The notes under the pieces are model-generated. The model saw only the letters and a list, made by a program, of their open reading frames with translations. It made no database searches and was not told the DNA's origin. From the IMG/VR virus record IMGVR_UViG_3300043436_004687, positions 1 through 64,000 of that record: a stretch of 64,000 bases of DNA, one strand, 5' to 3'. A program made the translations under genes and the position numbers. Below are positions 46,647 through 56,836 of the stretch, piece by piece (positions within the stretch are counted from its first letter, which is position 1; each line of letters starts with the position of its first letter).

Positions 46647-47165
46647 TTATTCATTTTTTAATTTTAAATAATCGTTAAACCTTTCTTTTGAAGCATATTC
46701 TTCAAACCTATAATCTAAATTATCTTCATTATAAGGTCCATCAAACTTCAATAAAACCCAATTTTCATTTATCAAACCATCAACAAAAATATCACCATCA
46801 ACTTCATTAAGAATGTTGGTTAAATATAGTTTATCAGCTAAATTAAATGATTGTTTATATATTTCCGCACCCCCAATAATGAATAATTCCTCACCAACTT
46901 TATCAAATTCTTTAATTGCTTCAATTAAATTATTTCTAATCTCACAACCCTCTGCTTTAAATTCAGTATTTCTTGTTATAACAACATTTATTCTGTTGGG
47001 TAAAGGTCTGTATGGCAATGAATCCCAAGTATTTCGCCCCATAATGATTGTTTTACCTGAAGTTACTTTCTTAAAGTTTTTTAAATCGGTTGGTAAGTTC
47101 CAAGGTAAATCATTTTTTTTACCAATAACACCATTTTTAGACATCGCTAATATAATACTTATCAT
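46647..47165 (-). CDS. folA: Dihydrofolate reductase
   Basis: NGVIGKKNDLPW.LPTDL, IMGRNTW, PLPNRIN, IIGGAEIY. Confidence 0.96.
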   Translation of the reverse strand: MISIILAMSKNGVIGKKNDLPWNLPTDLKNFKKVTSGKTIIMGRNTWDSLPYRPLPNRINVVITRNTEFKAEGCEIRNNLIEAIKEFDKVGEELFIIGGAEIYKQSFNLADKLYLTNILNEVDGDIFVDGLINENWVLLKFDGPYNEDNLDYRFEEYASKERFNDYLKLKNE

Positions 47166-47167
47166 CC

Positions 47168-47725
47168 TTATTTGTTTTTAAAATTATAATATTTTTCAGA
47201 ACCATCTGCTTTCGAATAAATTATCCTAGTAGCAGTTAATTTTATAGGATTATCTAAGTTTCTAATATAATCTTTACCTTTACCTCCCTTTACAAAAGCT
47301 ATGGTTGCATGGGCCTCATACTTAGGAAAATCACTCTTAAAAGGCAATTCTTTTAGTTTTTTATTCATATCCTTTAATGATTTATCGTTGATGTTGAATT
47401 TAACTACATCAATATCATCATTTTCAAATATATCTATTTTATCAAAGGTAATTTCTGGAGCTACAAATTCACAAACAATTTTTTTAAGTTCACTATCTTT
47501 AATACTAGGTAATAACCCATAAAGTAAAGTAATGTGAAAATTAGTTTCCCTACCTGATTTCCCATCAATATCAGAAACATCTTCATCCTTAATAGCATCT
47601 TGTAATTCTTTCATTTTATCTTTGGGTAAGTTAAAATCAAGCATCACACAACCATATTTATACTTTACCCCAGCTATTTCATTAAGCCTCATTCTTAACG
47701 ATTCTCTAATCAATTCCTTTCTCAT
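47168..47725 (-). CDS. 2H phosphoesterase (Acb1/gp57B-like)
   Basis: Two HxT motifs: HITLLYG and HATIAF. Confidence 0.75.
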   Translation of the reverse strand: MRKELIRESLRMRLNEIAGVKYKYGCVMLDFNLPKDKMKELQDAIKDEDVSDIDGKSGRETNFHITLLYGLLPSIKDSELKKIVCEFVAPEITFDKIDIFENDDIDVVKFNINDKSLKDMNKKLKELPFKSDFPKYEAHATIAFVKGGKGKDYIRNLDNPIKLTATRIIYSKADGSEKYYNFKNK

Positions 47726-48488
47726 TCTTACAATATATTAAATGTTCGTCATTATTATATAAATCAGTTAACAAATCACTTTGCCAATATTCTTTGGTGT
47801 CTACATCCATTATGGTTAACCTACCGTTAGAACCACCACCAGTATCTAAATTCCAAAGATTATAAAAATTAAGTGGTTGGTCTGTTGCAAACATAAGTGT
47901 GGGTGTATGACCTATAAAAATTTCTTTATAATTATTCAATCTTTTAGGTCTATACCTAATTAAATCCTCTATATTATCTTTATGCTGATGACTAACCGTA
48001 TAGGCTGCATCTAAAAGACTTCTATCCCAATATAATGTAGATAATTGGAACTCATCTCTGACTCCTTTAGGTGCCTTAAAACCACCATGTACGAATAATC
48101 TATTTTTATTATCAATGTAGTAATAATCTAACTGATCAATAAATTTTCTATGTTCATTTAAATCATATGTTGTTTTCCTATATGAATTTAATGTGGAATG
48201 CCCACCATTATTTAACCAATTAAAATTTACTACACCAAATACTAAGTATTCCCTTAACCATGCATCATGATTACCAAGTATAAAGATGGGTTTAAAATCA
48301 CATTCATTTTTTAACTTTATTAAATAATCTATAGTTTCAACAGCTGTTGCAAAACCATCTACATAATCCCCCAAGAAAATTAATTGATCTTCTTTTTTAT
48401 TAAAATTACATCTTTCCAAAACTTGTACTAATGCTAAATAACCATTATGTATATCTCCTATTACAAGCGTTCTTTTAATTTTAATCAT
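47706..48488 (-). CDS. Metallophosphoesterase (Ser/Thr phosphatase-like)
   Basis: IGDIH, FLGDYVD, LGNHD, FVHGG, IGHTP, LDTG. Confidence 0.9.
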   Translation of the reverse strand: MIKIKRTLVIGDIHNGYLALVQVLERCNFNKKEDQLIFLGDYVDGFATAVETIDYLIKLKNECDFKPIFILGNHDAWLREYLVFGVVNFNWLNNGGHSTLNSYRKTTYDLNEHRKFIDQLDYYYIDNKNRLFVHGGFKAPKGVRDEFQLSTLYWDRSLLDAAYTVSHQHKDNIEDLIRYRPKRLNNYKEIFIGHTPTLMFATDQPLNFYNLWNLDTGGGSNGRLTIMDVDTKEYWQSDLLTDLYNNDEHLIYCKNEKGID

Positions 48489-49169
48489 TTATTTAAATTT
48501 AAATTTATAACCATGTGTATGTTTTCTTTCTTCTTTACAAACCCTAGAAATCATTTTATAACTAATACCAGTTTCATTTGATGCTATTCTACCCGAAGAA
48601 AATTCTTTAATGAAATTATCATTTAAATCTAATTGAATAACTGGTTTTTCACCATTACAACTAATTAATTTATAAGGAAATTTTTCAAATTTTTCAAATA
48701 GCCATAAAAAACCACCAGCCGAATTAATTCCATTTTCATTACTTTTTTTACATGCTCTTAAAATATTACTATCTGGAATTTTAAATTCAATACCTGCATG
48801 ATTAGAATTTTCAAATGTTTTAATAAACTCACCATTTAAAGAATATTGATGGACTAACTTACCAACTTTTACTAAACCTAAACAATTATCCCAAGAATTT
48901 GTTAAATTATAACGTTTCATTAATTTTCTCATAAAAGTTTTTTCAATTTTTATTGATTCATCAATAGTACATACTTCATGATAAATTACATCTAATATTG
49001 GGTCACATTTTAAACTTCTAATCCAATTACATTTATGACTTTTACAATCACCTTTAGATTCTTTAATATGACATCTTAATCTATTTTTTGGGTTTAAAGT
49101 TCTACCAAAATATTTAATTTCATTTGTGTTTGGATTGCGTAATACATAAAAGTAACATTCTCGTTTCAT
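48489..49169 (-). CDS. GIY-YIG homing endonuclease with two NUMOD1 domains
   Basis: FYVLRNPNTNEIKYFGRT..RLRCH; VHQYSLNGEFIKTF; VIQLDLNDNFIKEF..HGYKFKF. Confidence 0.85.
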   Translation of the reverse strand: MKRECYFYVLRNPNTNEIKYFGRTLNPKNRLRCHIKESKGDCKSHKCNWIRSLKCDPILDVIYHEVCTIDESIKIEKTFMRKLMKRYNLTNSWDNCLGLVKVGKLVHQYSLNGEFIKTFENSNHAGIEFKIPDSNILRACKKSNENGINSAGGFLWLFEKFEKFPYKLISCNGEKPVIQLDLNDNFIKEFSSGRIASNETGISYKMISRVCKEERKHTHGYKFKFK

Positions 49170-49214
49170 CTTTTTATTTTAAGATAAACATGAAATATTA
49201 TTTTTAAATATTAT

Positions 49215-49262
49215 TTAATCAATATAATCACCTATAACAAGCGTTCTATTTGGGTTTAACAT
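49215..49262 (-). pseudogene. Orphan original N-terminus of the metallophosphoesterase (MLNPNRTLVIGDYID*)
   Basis: AGAACGCTTGTTATAGGTGAT versus AGAACGCTTGTAATAGGAGAT in the intact gene. Confidence 0.75.
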
Positions 49263-49796
49263 TTATTCTTTAATTTTAATATATTTTGATGGTACTTCTT
49301 CAGTTAACCAAACATTATTTTTAGACTTATAAAATTTATAACCATCTTTAAGCATTGATTTAGAATCAACTATCAATATAATTGGGTTACCTCTTCTGGA
49401 ACCTACATTGGTAGCAGTATTCAGATTATCACTTAAATGAACATGATTTCTATTCATTGGTTTTAACCCCTCTTTAAGAATTGGTTTTATGAATTTTTCA
49501 ACTGTTCCATGATACAATGTGATTGGTGGGATAGAAATTTTTAAATCAAGATCAACATTTATAGAATGGCCTTGATTTGCTCTAATTTTAGATTTATCTT
49601 CATTAAATGTAAATCGTTGTTTATCATTAGAAAAAACAATTTCATCTAATTCTTTTTTGGTAATATGATAATCTTTTAATGAACATTTTTCCAATAATTC
49701 ATCAACGCCAACCCAACCATTTTTATCTAATTTGATATTTATTGTTTCTGGTTTATGTCTTAAGATAAGACTAAGAAATTTACTATTATTTTTCAT
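49263..49796 (-). CDS. kptA: RNA 2'-phosphotransferase (Tpt1/KptA)
   Basis: LSLILRHKP, DKQRF, IRANQGHS, LYHGT, RNHVHLS. Confidence 0.95.
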   Translation of the reverse strand: MKNNSKFLSLILRHKPETINIKLDKNGWVGVDELLEKCSLKDYHITKKELDEIVFSNDKQRFTFNEDKSKIRANQGHSINVDLDLKISIPPITLYHGTVEKFIKPILKEGLKPMNRNHVHLSDNLNTATNVGSRRGNPIILIVDSKSMLKDGYKFYKSKNNVWLTEEVPSKYIKIKE

Positions 49797-50208
49797 TTTA
49801 TATATTTTAACACCAACGCATCATTTTATTACAATTAGGGCATTTTAAGTAATGATAAGTATCAGTACCCCCACCATAAGGTTCATTTTCCACTTTTTTG
49901 TCTACTTCATTCTCAAAATATTCTATTACTGCACCACAAGATGAATGAGTTCTTTGTTTAGCTTTTGATTTATCAATTTTTAAAACTTTTGCCATAATAC
50001 TTTGTTTTTAATTTATTGCAAATATAAGATTTTATATGCAAACTTCCAAATTATATTTTATTTATCTGAACCATAAATTAAAAGTTTATTGCATCACCTT
50101 AATGCTTTAGGGTTAATTACACACCAACCCCTTAGCCATTTAAGGGGTTGCTACCACTTCTTTATTTTTAATTTATTTATCATTTTATTTATTTTATTTG
50201 TTTTATTG

Positions 50209-50284
50209 TCGGGATAGCAGGGATCGAACCTGCGTGAATGTCCTACTCCCAAAGTAGGCGACTTACCAATTAGTCCATATCCCG
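50209..50284 (-). tRNA. tRNA-Pro(TGG)
   Basis: CGGGATA/TATCCCG acceptor; CCTAC-TTTGGGA-GTAGG; T-loop TTCGATC. Confidence 0.95.
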
Positions 50285-50292
50285 TGTTATTG

Positions 50293-50375
50293 TGGTGAGA
50301 TGAGGACTCGAACCTCTCCATTTTAATGACTAGATTTACAGTCTAGCTGCCATATCCAAATGACTTTATCGCACC
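50293..50375 (-). tRNA. tRNA-Tyr(GTA)
   Basis: CTAGA-CTGTAAA-TCTAG; long variable arm; T-loop TTCGAGT. Confidence 0.92.
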
Positions 50376-50388
50376 AATTTAATATAAT

Positions 50389-50428
50389 AAAAAAAACCCA
50401 GTTTAGATTTTTAATTCTAACTGGGTTT
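50389..50428 (-). terminator. Attenuator terminator A (upstream of tRNA-Tyr/Pro)
   Basis: AAACCCAGTTAGA/TCTAAACTGGGTTT stem plus U-run. Confidence 0.85.
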
Positions 50429-50465
50429 ATATTTTGTGGTTATAATTAACCAAAACTTAATATAT

Positions 50466-50558
50466 TTATGTGAAAATTTTTCCCATACCCAGTTTACCAT
50501 AAGGTCTATAACCTTTAGGTGTTTGCTGTTTTTGTTGATATGTGAAATTTGTATTCAT
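50466..50558 (-). CDS. Leader peptide A, MNTNFTYQQKQQTPKGYRPYGKLGMGKIFT
   Basis: 30 codons; 3 Tyr, 2 Pro, 4 Gln; contains antiterminator AAACTGGGT (50487-50495). Confidence 0.75.
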   Translation of the reverse strand: MNTNFTYQQKQQTPKGYRPYGKLGMGKIFT

Positions 50559-50640
50559 AGTTTTTATTTTTAATAAAATTTAGCGTGGTTTATTCAAAAC
50601 TCAAGGTTTATTGTATTTAACTCACAAATTTATAATCTCC

Positions 50641-50753
50641 TAATTTTATTGTTATTAATATATATATTGCAAATATAAGACAAAGTTTTATAATATACAA
50701 GCTTTTTTTAATTTATTTTTAAATTATTTTATAACTAATTGATAATCAAGTTA
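50641..50753 (-). repeat. Promoter block (TTG-N20-TATATTTG) repeated at 61201-61312
   Basis: About 110 nt near-identical to 61201-61312; both blocks precede leader-attenuator-tRNA units. Confidence 0.85.
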
Positions 50754-51126
50754 ATTAATTTTTCTTTTCCTTAAAATTTTTTCAGTAATTTTACCACCAT
50801 TTAAAATTTTCATCTTGGTGATTAATAAATTATTCAGATGTTGATATAAGGTGTCTTCTAATTCTAATTTTTCTTTTAATGAAATTAAACGATTTTTAGA
50901 TTCTAAATAGAGTAAATTAGATATGTGTTTTTTAAATTCACTATCTTCAACATTTTCCAATTTTTTAATAAGATTTGAATATGAAAAAATTAATTTAGAG
51001 ATTGGTTTAATTAAACTTTTATTTTCATTTAATTTATCCACAATATAAGGAAGCATAGAAAGAGTATTTCTATCTCCAAAGGTACCAGTTTCAATTAATT
51101 TAATTTTCATCTTAATATTATATTAG

Positions 51127-51196
51127 TATAGATTAAGGGATTCGAACCCTTGGTTATCAAAGTATTGGTTCAGCAAAACCACTCTGCCAAACCCAT
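51127..51196 (-). pseudogene. tRNA-Ser(GCT)-like sequence lacking the 3' half of the D-arm
   Basis: ATGGGTT/AATCTAT acceptor, TGGCAGAGTGG, TGGTT-TTGCTG-AACCA, AAGGG-TTCGAAT-CCCTT. Confidence 0.6.
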
Positions 51197-51199
51197 GTC

Positions 51200-51905
51200 C
51201 TTTACTTTGAATTTAATGCTTAATCAAAGTTTCTTATAACTCATTATATCTAGTTGATCAAACCAATAAAAAGTTAAGTTCAATTTTATATTTCAAGTCA
51301 AAATTGTAAAAACATAGAGTATTTTATAATAAAATACTAAATCAATTGTTATTTTAAGTTCACCAATAAAGAACTGCATTTAGCACCCTCTTGTCTTATA
51401 ATAGCACTTTCGACAATTTGTCAGCTAACAAGAGTAGGGTCAGTAGTTAATCAAGACATTTTATAATATGCTACCACGTATTTCTTTGGTTCACTTATTA
51501 ACTATTTTGCTGAGAACTTCTCATGGTTTATAGATACATATCTCATACATTATCATCCATGGATTACATTACTATAATCTTCTAATTAAAGTTGGTAGAT
51601 TTCAACTTATTTTAAATAAACACATCCATCAAGATTGGGAGAACTATACCCGAATTTTACTGGGACGATTTTACTCACTGACTACGGCAAATCCCAAATT
51701 TCTCATACTCCACAAACATAACACTTCTTGATAATGTTGTAATAAAACTCAGCTTACTTCTACCTTAGCTTTTGATAAGTAACTGATTCTCACAGTTTTT
51801 AATTTTAATTACTTGTTTGTCTTTCTATGTGCTTATTTTTAAATTAAAGGAGAAGAGGCTTTACAAACGCACTTTAAACTATTTTGTTACGTTCTCCTTT
51901 AATTT
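51200..51905 (-). ncRNA. Candidate large structured ncRNA
   Basis: About 700 nt without a long ORF after a promoter (~51910); helices 51841-51854/51892-51905, 51388-51394/51428-51434 and others. Confidence 0.45.
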
Positions 51906-52652
51906 CTTTGCAAATATAAATTAAAAATTCAATACTTGCAAATTATTTTTTAATTAATTTAAAACTTTCTAAAAGTCCCTTTTCTAAAGCCTCTTCATAA
52001 GTTTTGTATTCATTATTATCACCAAAACTATAAGTACCATCCTCAATGAAATCATTTAAAACATCTCTTTTATTAGGATCCCCCATATATTTTTCAGATA
52101 AATTAAATTTTAACGCTTGTACACACCAATTAGTCCCGTTTAAATAATGCTCTGCCCAAACTTTAATTTCAATATTGTGAACCTCTCTAAACCATTTCTG
52201 AAGGAAAGATTGAGTTGGTGCAGAAATGTATCCATCGTTCAAACCAGAACCCATAAACCCATAATTTGCATAATAACAATATTTACCAACATTGCTATAT
52301 AAAGAAGCTTCATGTCCATATCTTTGGATGATAGAGAACCCATAATTTTTAGCTAATTGAGCAACTTCAAAGCTTACTAATTGTTCTACCATAAATTATA
52401 AAAAATTTAAAAATAAAAATTTCCCAATATAAAACCAAGATATTGCACAAAAAGCAAATACAAATGGTTCAGCGGCATTAAATAATTTTTCCAATTTTGC
52501 TTCTAACTCTGGATTAATAAAATTATCCTTATCTGCCATTGCTAAATCTTCAATATTTGAATTTATAAGTATTAATATAGTTATAATAATCCAAAATATA
52601 AACATAATTGGTTTAATAGGAAGAATGAATATGTTAAAAACCAACTGTTTCA

Positions 52653-55600
52653 TTAGAAACCAATAGTAACATTAGGTGTAATGTAATCTATCCCGTCCCA
52701 ATTTGTATAACAAACGCCATAAGTAATTTTACCCACCGAATAACTAATTCCAGAACCATATTCAATGAAACCATTACCAACTTGGTTGTTAAAATAACTA
52801 CCAGCACCAAATATAATATTAGCATTAACAGCACCCAGAGGGAATGATGGGACTACTTTTACTTCCCAGTAGTAATTACCTATAGAGTCAGATGTATATA
52901 TTTTATCACCATTTTTATAATCATAAGGACATGCTGTGGTTTCATCCAGTACTTGTTCATAATTACCAGAAAAATATTTTCTACTACCTAAACCTCTAAG
53001 ATTTCCACGCCCTAAAACAAAACCTAATGATAGGTTATCACGAGAAACACCAAATTCTAAACTAGGGTATGCAGCATCTCTAAATTCATATGAATTTGAG
53101 TTGTCACCATAATCATTACCATTTGAAATCGATAAATTTAAAGCAACATATTTAGACCATTTTGGTTTGTCTGTTTTAACAGAATCCACTGAAGTAGAAT
53201 CAACATTTACGGAAACCGCTTTTGTGTGATGTACACCAGCATGTCTTTTTTGACTAAAAGAAAGAATAGTAAATAATAATGTAATAAATAATAATTTTTT
53301 CATAATTTTATATTTTTAGTTAATAATTAAAGTACAAAAATATAACAAAAATTTATACTTTCCAAATTTATTTTAAGATTTTAATAAATAAATTTATCTT
53401 TAAGTTTAAATGATTTACTATCATATGTAAAAGAACCATGTAATTCACCTGGAACACCATAACTATTAGACGCATTAAAATATATCGACATATAAAAATC
53501 TTTTTTGTCACCAAATTTTGGATAAATCGAAATTGATTTTGGGTTAAATGTTTCTGGGTTATTACATGAATATTTACATTCGATTAAAGCAGAATTAATA
53601 AGTGATTTTAATTTTCCACTATTTGGTAAAGTAGATAGTTCATTTTTTTGAATAGGAAGAATATCAATTGTAGTGCTATCCGAATCTTTATTATAATCTA
53701 ATTTAATTTTTTTATTTAAACCCCATAAAGTGTCTTTAGTTTTTTTAAAGTCTGAGACTATTTTCCAATCTTCTTTATGGAAATAACCTGAACATTCATA
53801 ATTTAATTCTGGTTGACAGCTTACAAAAGCCAATGTGCTCAATAGTAGTAGAGTTCCTAATAACAATTTTTTCATTTTTAATGTTTTTAAATTAGAGTAC
53901 AAATATATAACAAATATTTGTATTATCAAAATTTATTTTAAGATTTTAATAAAATTTCTTTTATTTCTTTGGTTTATAAATTACTATTATTTTAACAATG
54001 TAATATTATTTTGAAGTACAATTGATAGTTTAATCGCATTTGCCTTAGAAATTAAGATATATGCACCATCTAAATCCTCAAGATAAATATTATTAGAGAA
54101 ATCGTATAGATTAATATTAAAACCATCCCCATGGTCTCTTATATTAGATTTAGGTGGGATTTTACTAAAAACTTTTAATTTATCAATTAACATTTGTAAA
54201 CCTTCTTTATTACCAATAAAAATAGTACCAACATCATAAATATAATTATATTTACCATTTTTAAATTGAAAAATGAAATATGTTGTTTCAACCCCATTTT
54301 CAACATCTTTTTGTATCTTCCAATTATATTCCACACCTTTTGCTAGTGTTGTTGTAATTATTTGTTGACTAAATGTTGTAAATGCGCTCAATAATAGTAG
54401 AGTTCCTAATAATAATTTTTTCATTTTATTTTTATTTAGAAATTGCCATTATAATTGCAGCACCAACCCATAATCCAATTATTGAAAGAATTATTATACC
54501 TATTGTCTTCAATATTTTACCACCTTGTTTTTGTTCTGCTTCTCTTTTTGCACCCCTATCTTTAAAATCATCATTTGGATTTTGAATAATGTGACTAATA
54601 GCTTCAAAAATTGATTGTAATCTGCTATTAGATGCACTTATTTCACTAGGTTCATCGATAGCACCAATTTGTTTCTGAATTTCAACTGTTATTTTAGTTT
54701 TACCGCTATCACCTTCAATTACATCAATAATTATTCGATACATACCTGCAAATAACCCAGTTGTAAATTTGAATTGACCTAATAATTCATCATATGATTC
54801 TAACGTATATGATGGTTCATAATTGTTAAGTTTTTTAATTGCTAACACAACTTCAAAAATCGATTTAGATACTTGAATATCCCTTTTAATAATTTGATTC
54901 ATTTTATTTATTTTTAAATTAGAATACAAAGATAATACAAATATTTGTATTATCAAAATTTATTTTAAGATTTTAATAAAATTTCTTTTATTAAGTAAGT
55001 AATGTTTTTTAATTTTACTATTTAATAAATTTCATTAATTCCTTTTTAATATTTTCATATTCTTCTTGAGTAATTACACCCAAGTCTAGTTTTATTTTTG
55101 TTTTCTGTAATTCAGCTAGTGCTTGGTCGCTTGTTATTGATGCTTTTGGGTTTATTAATTCCCCATATTGTAGTGCAAGGTCTAAATTTAAAACAGTAAT
55201 ATCCATTCCAGGATTATCAAATATAACCATTACACCTGCGTTTGTTGCTTTCTTTCCATTTTTGACAAACTTTATATCCTCAATTTCTACTTCACTTCCT
55301 TTAAACGCATCGGGTAAATAAGTTATACCACTTAATATCGCACTTCCCATTCTGCCCAACATTAAATAACTAAAAATATTTACATTTTGGTTCGACGAAC
55401 CAAAAATTCCTGGTGTTTGTTGATTTGATGTATTAGTTCCACTTGGTTTCCCTAACAACATTTTATCACCAATTTGTAAAGTCGAACCATCTACAAAATT
55501 TAAATATTTAAATTTTGTAGAATTCGAAATTGATTTTACCCATTCTGTGTCATTTAATTTTGATATGAATAATGTATCGGCTAATTGGGCTGATGTTGAA

Positions 55601-55974
55601 ATACTAAACCCTAAAAAGAGTAATAAAATCGTTTTCTTCATTTTATTTGTTTTTGATTAAGATAAGAAGTTAAATATTATATTTGAACCAATAGAATATT
55701 AATATTCTATTGAGTTTCCTACAACTAGATTAACTGGTTGGAATAATACATTCATTCCATTAATTAAAGTAATTGTAACATTTTTAGTATTACCAGAACA
55801 GACATCTACCAATGTTAAATTTGTTTTTGTAATAGTTTGGTTGCTAGAACTAATACTAGTCACAGTTTCACCAATACTAGTTATCTTACCTATTAAACAA
55901 TCATTAGGCTCATTCTCACAACTTGTTAATGTTAGCATTAGCATTAACACTAATAATGTAATATTTTTTTTCAT
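52653..55974 (-). CDS. Array of mostly exported/lipoprotein genes in repeated promoter cassettes (52653-53303, 53381-53875, 53987-54424, 54432-54902, 55018-55641, 55699-55974)
   Basis: MKK-hydrophobic signal peptides; shared upstream repeat; SHOCT-like C-terminus in 55018-55641. Confidence 0.7.
53876..53965 (-). repeat. Promoter/leader cassette repeat; copies near 38572-38605, 53330-53385, 54903-54992, 55975-56005
   Basis: ttttaaattagagtacaaa(t/g)ata and caaaatttattttaagattttaataaaatttc shared. Confidence 0.8.
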
Positions 55975-56098
55975 CCTTAATATTTTAAATTAGAGTACAA
56001 ATATACTATTTTATTTTTACATAACAAATAAAATACCAAAATTTATTCCGTTAAATAATACTAAACTAATGAAACCCAACCTATCTTCAATATTAATT

Positions 56099-56836
56099 TT
56101 ATATTTTTTCATCAATCTTTTTTTTTAAATCTTCTTTAATTTCATTTAATTGTTTTGATAATTCTTCAATAGTATCAATACTAGCATTATTATTTCTTTC
56201 TTTATCGGTGAAAAAATTAGAAACATATCCAACTAAAGCACCAAATAAACCGATTCCAGAAATCATAAGTAAAATAGAAACTATTCTACCACCCTCAGTA
56301 ATAGGAAATTTATCACCATAACCAACTGTTGTAATTGTACAAACAGCCCACCACATTGCATCGTATGCGTTTTTTATATTACATTCTGGTAAAACTTCAA
56401 ATTGCATTATTGAAATTGTTGCAAATGTGACTAATAACACCCCAAATACTAACATTGATTTAAACGCTGAATTTATGCTTTCTAGCACAAACTCTATTGT
56501 CGTTTTAACACATCTAATTGTCACACCAACAGTTAACCAAGATAACGAATAAAATGGTAAACAAAGAAATATATCAACCCAACTGATTTTTAAAAATTTT
56601 ATTTTGTTCTTAGATAAATAAAATCTATAACCAAAATCAGCTAAGAAAAAATAACAGACAACATGTAACATTTCATTCAACTTAGGACCAGATAATATTG
56701 TGTCAACTAATAAAATTAGCAAACATAATATTGAAAATGTAATCCTAACATAATGATATCGACCTTCAACAACCTCATCATTTAAATATTCTTTAAATGG
56801 GGATGTTAAATTTTCTTCTTTTCTTTGTACAAACAT
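56099..56836 (-). CDS. Potassium channel (Kv/MVP-like)
   Basis: Pore helix and filter [17 protein letters not shown]; multiple TM helices; C-terminal coiled coil. Confidence 0.93.
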   Translation of the reverse strand: MFVQRKEENLTSPFKEYLNDEVVEGRYHYVRITFSILCLLILLVDTILSGPKLNEMLHVVCYFFLADFGYRFYLSKNKIKFLKISWVDIFLCLPFYSLSWLTVGVTIRCVKTTIEFVLESINSAFKSMLVFGVLLVTFATISIMQFEVLPECNIKNAYDAMWWAVCTITTVGYGDKFPITEGGRIVSILLMISGIGLFGALVGYVSNFFTDKERNNNASIDTIEELSKQLNEIKEDLKKKIDEKI

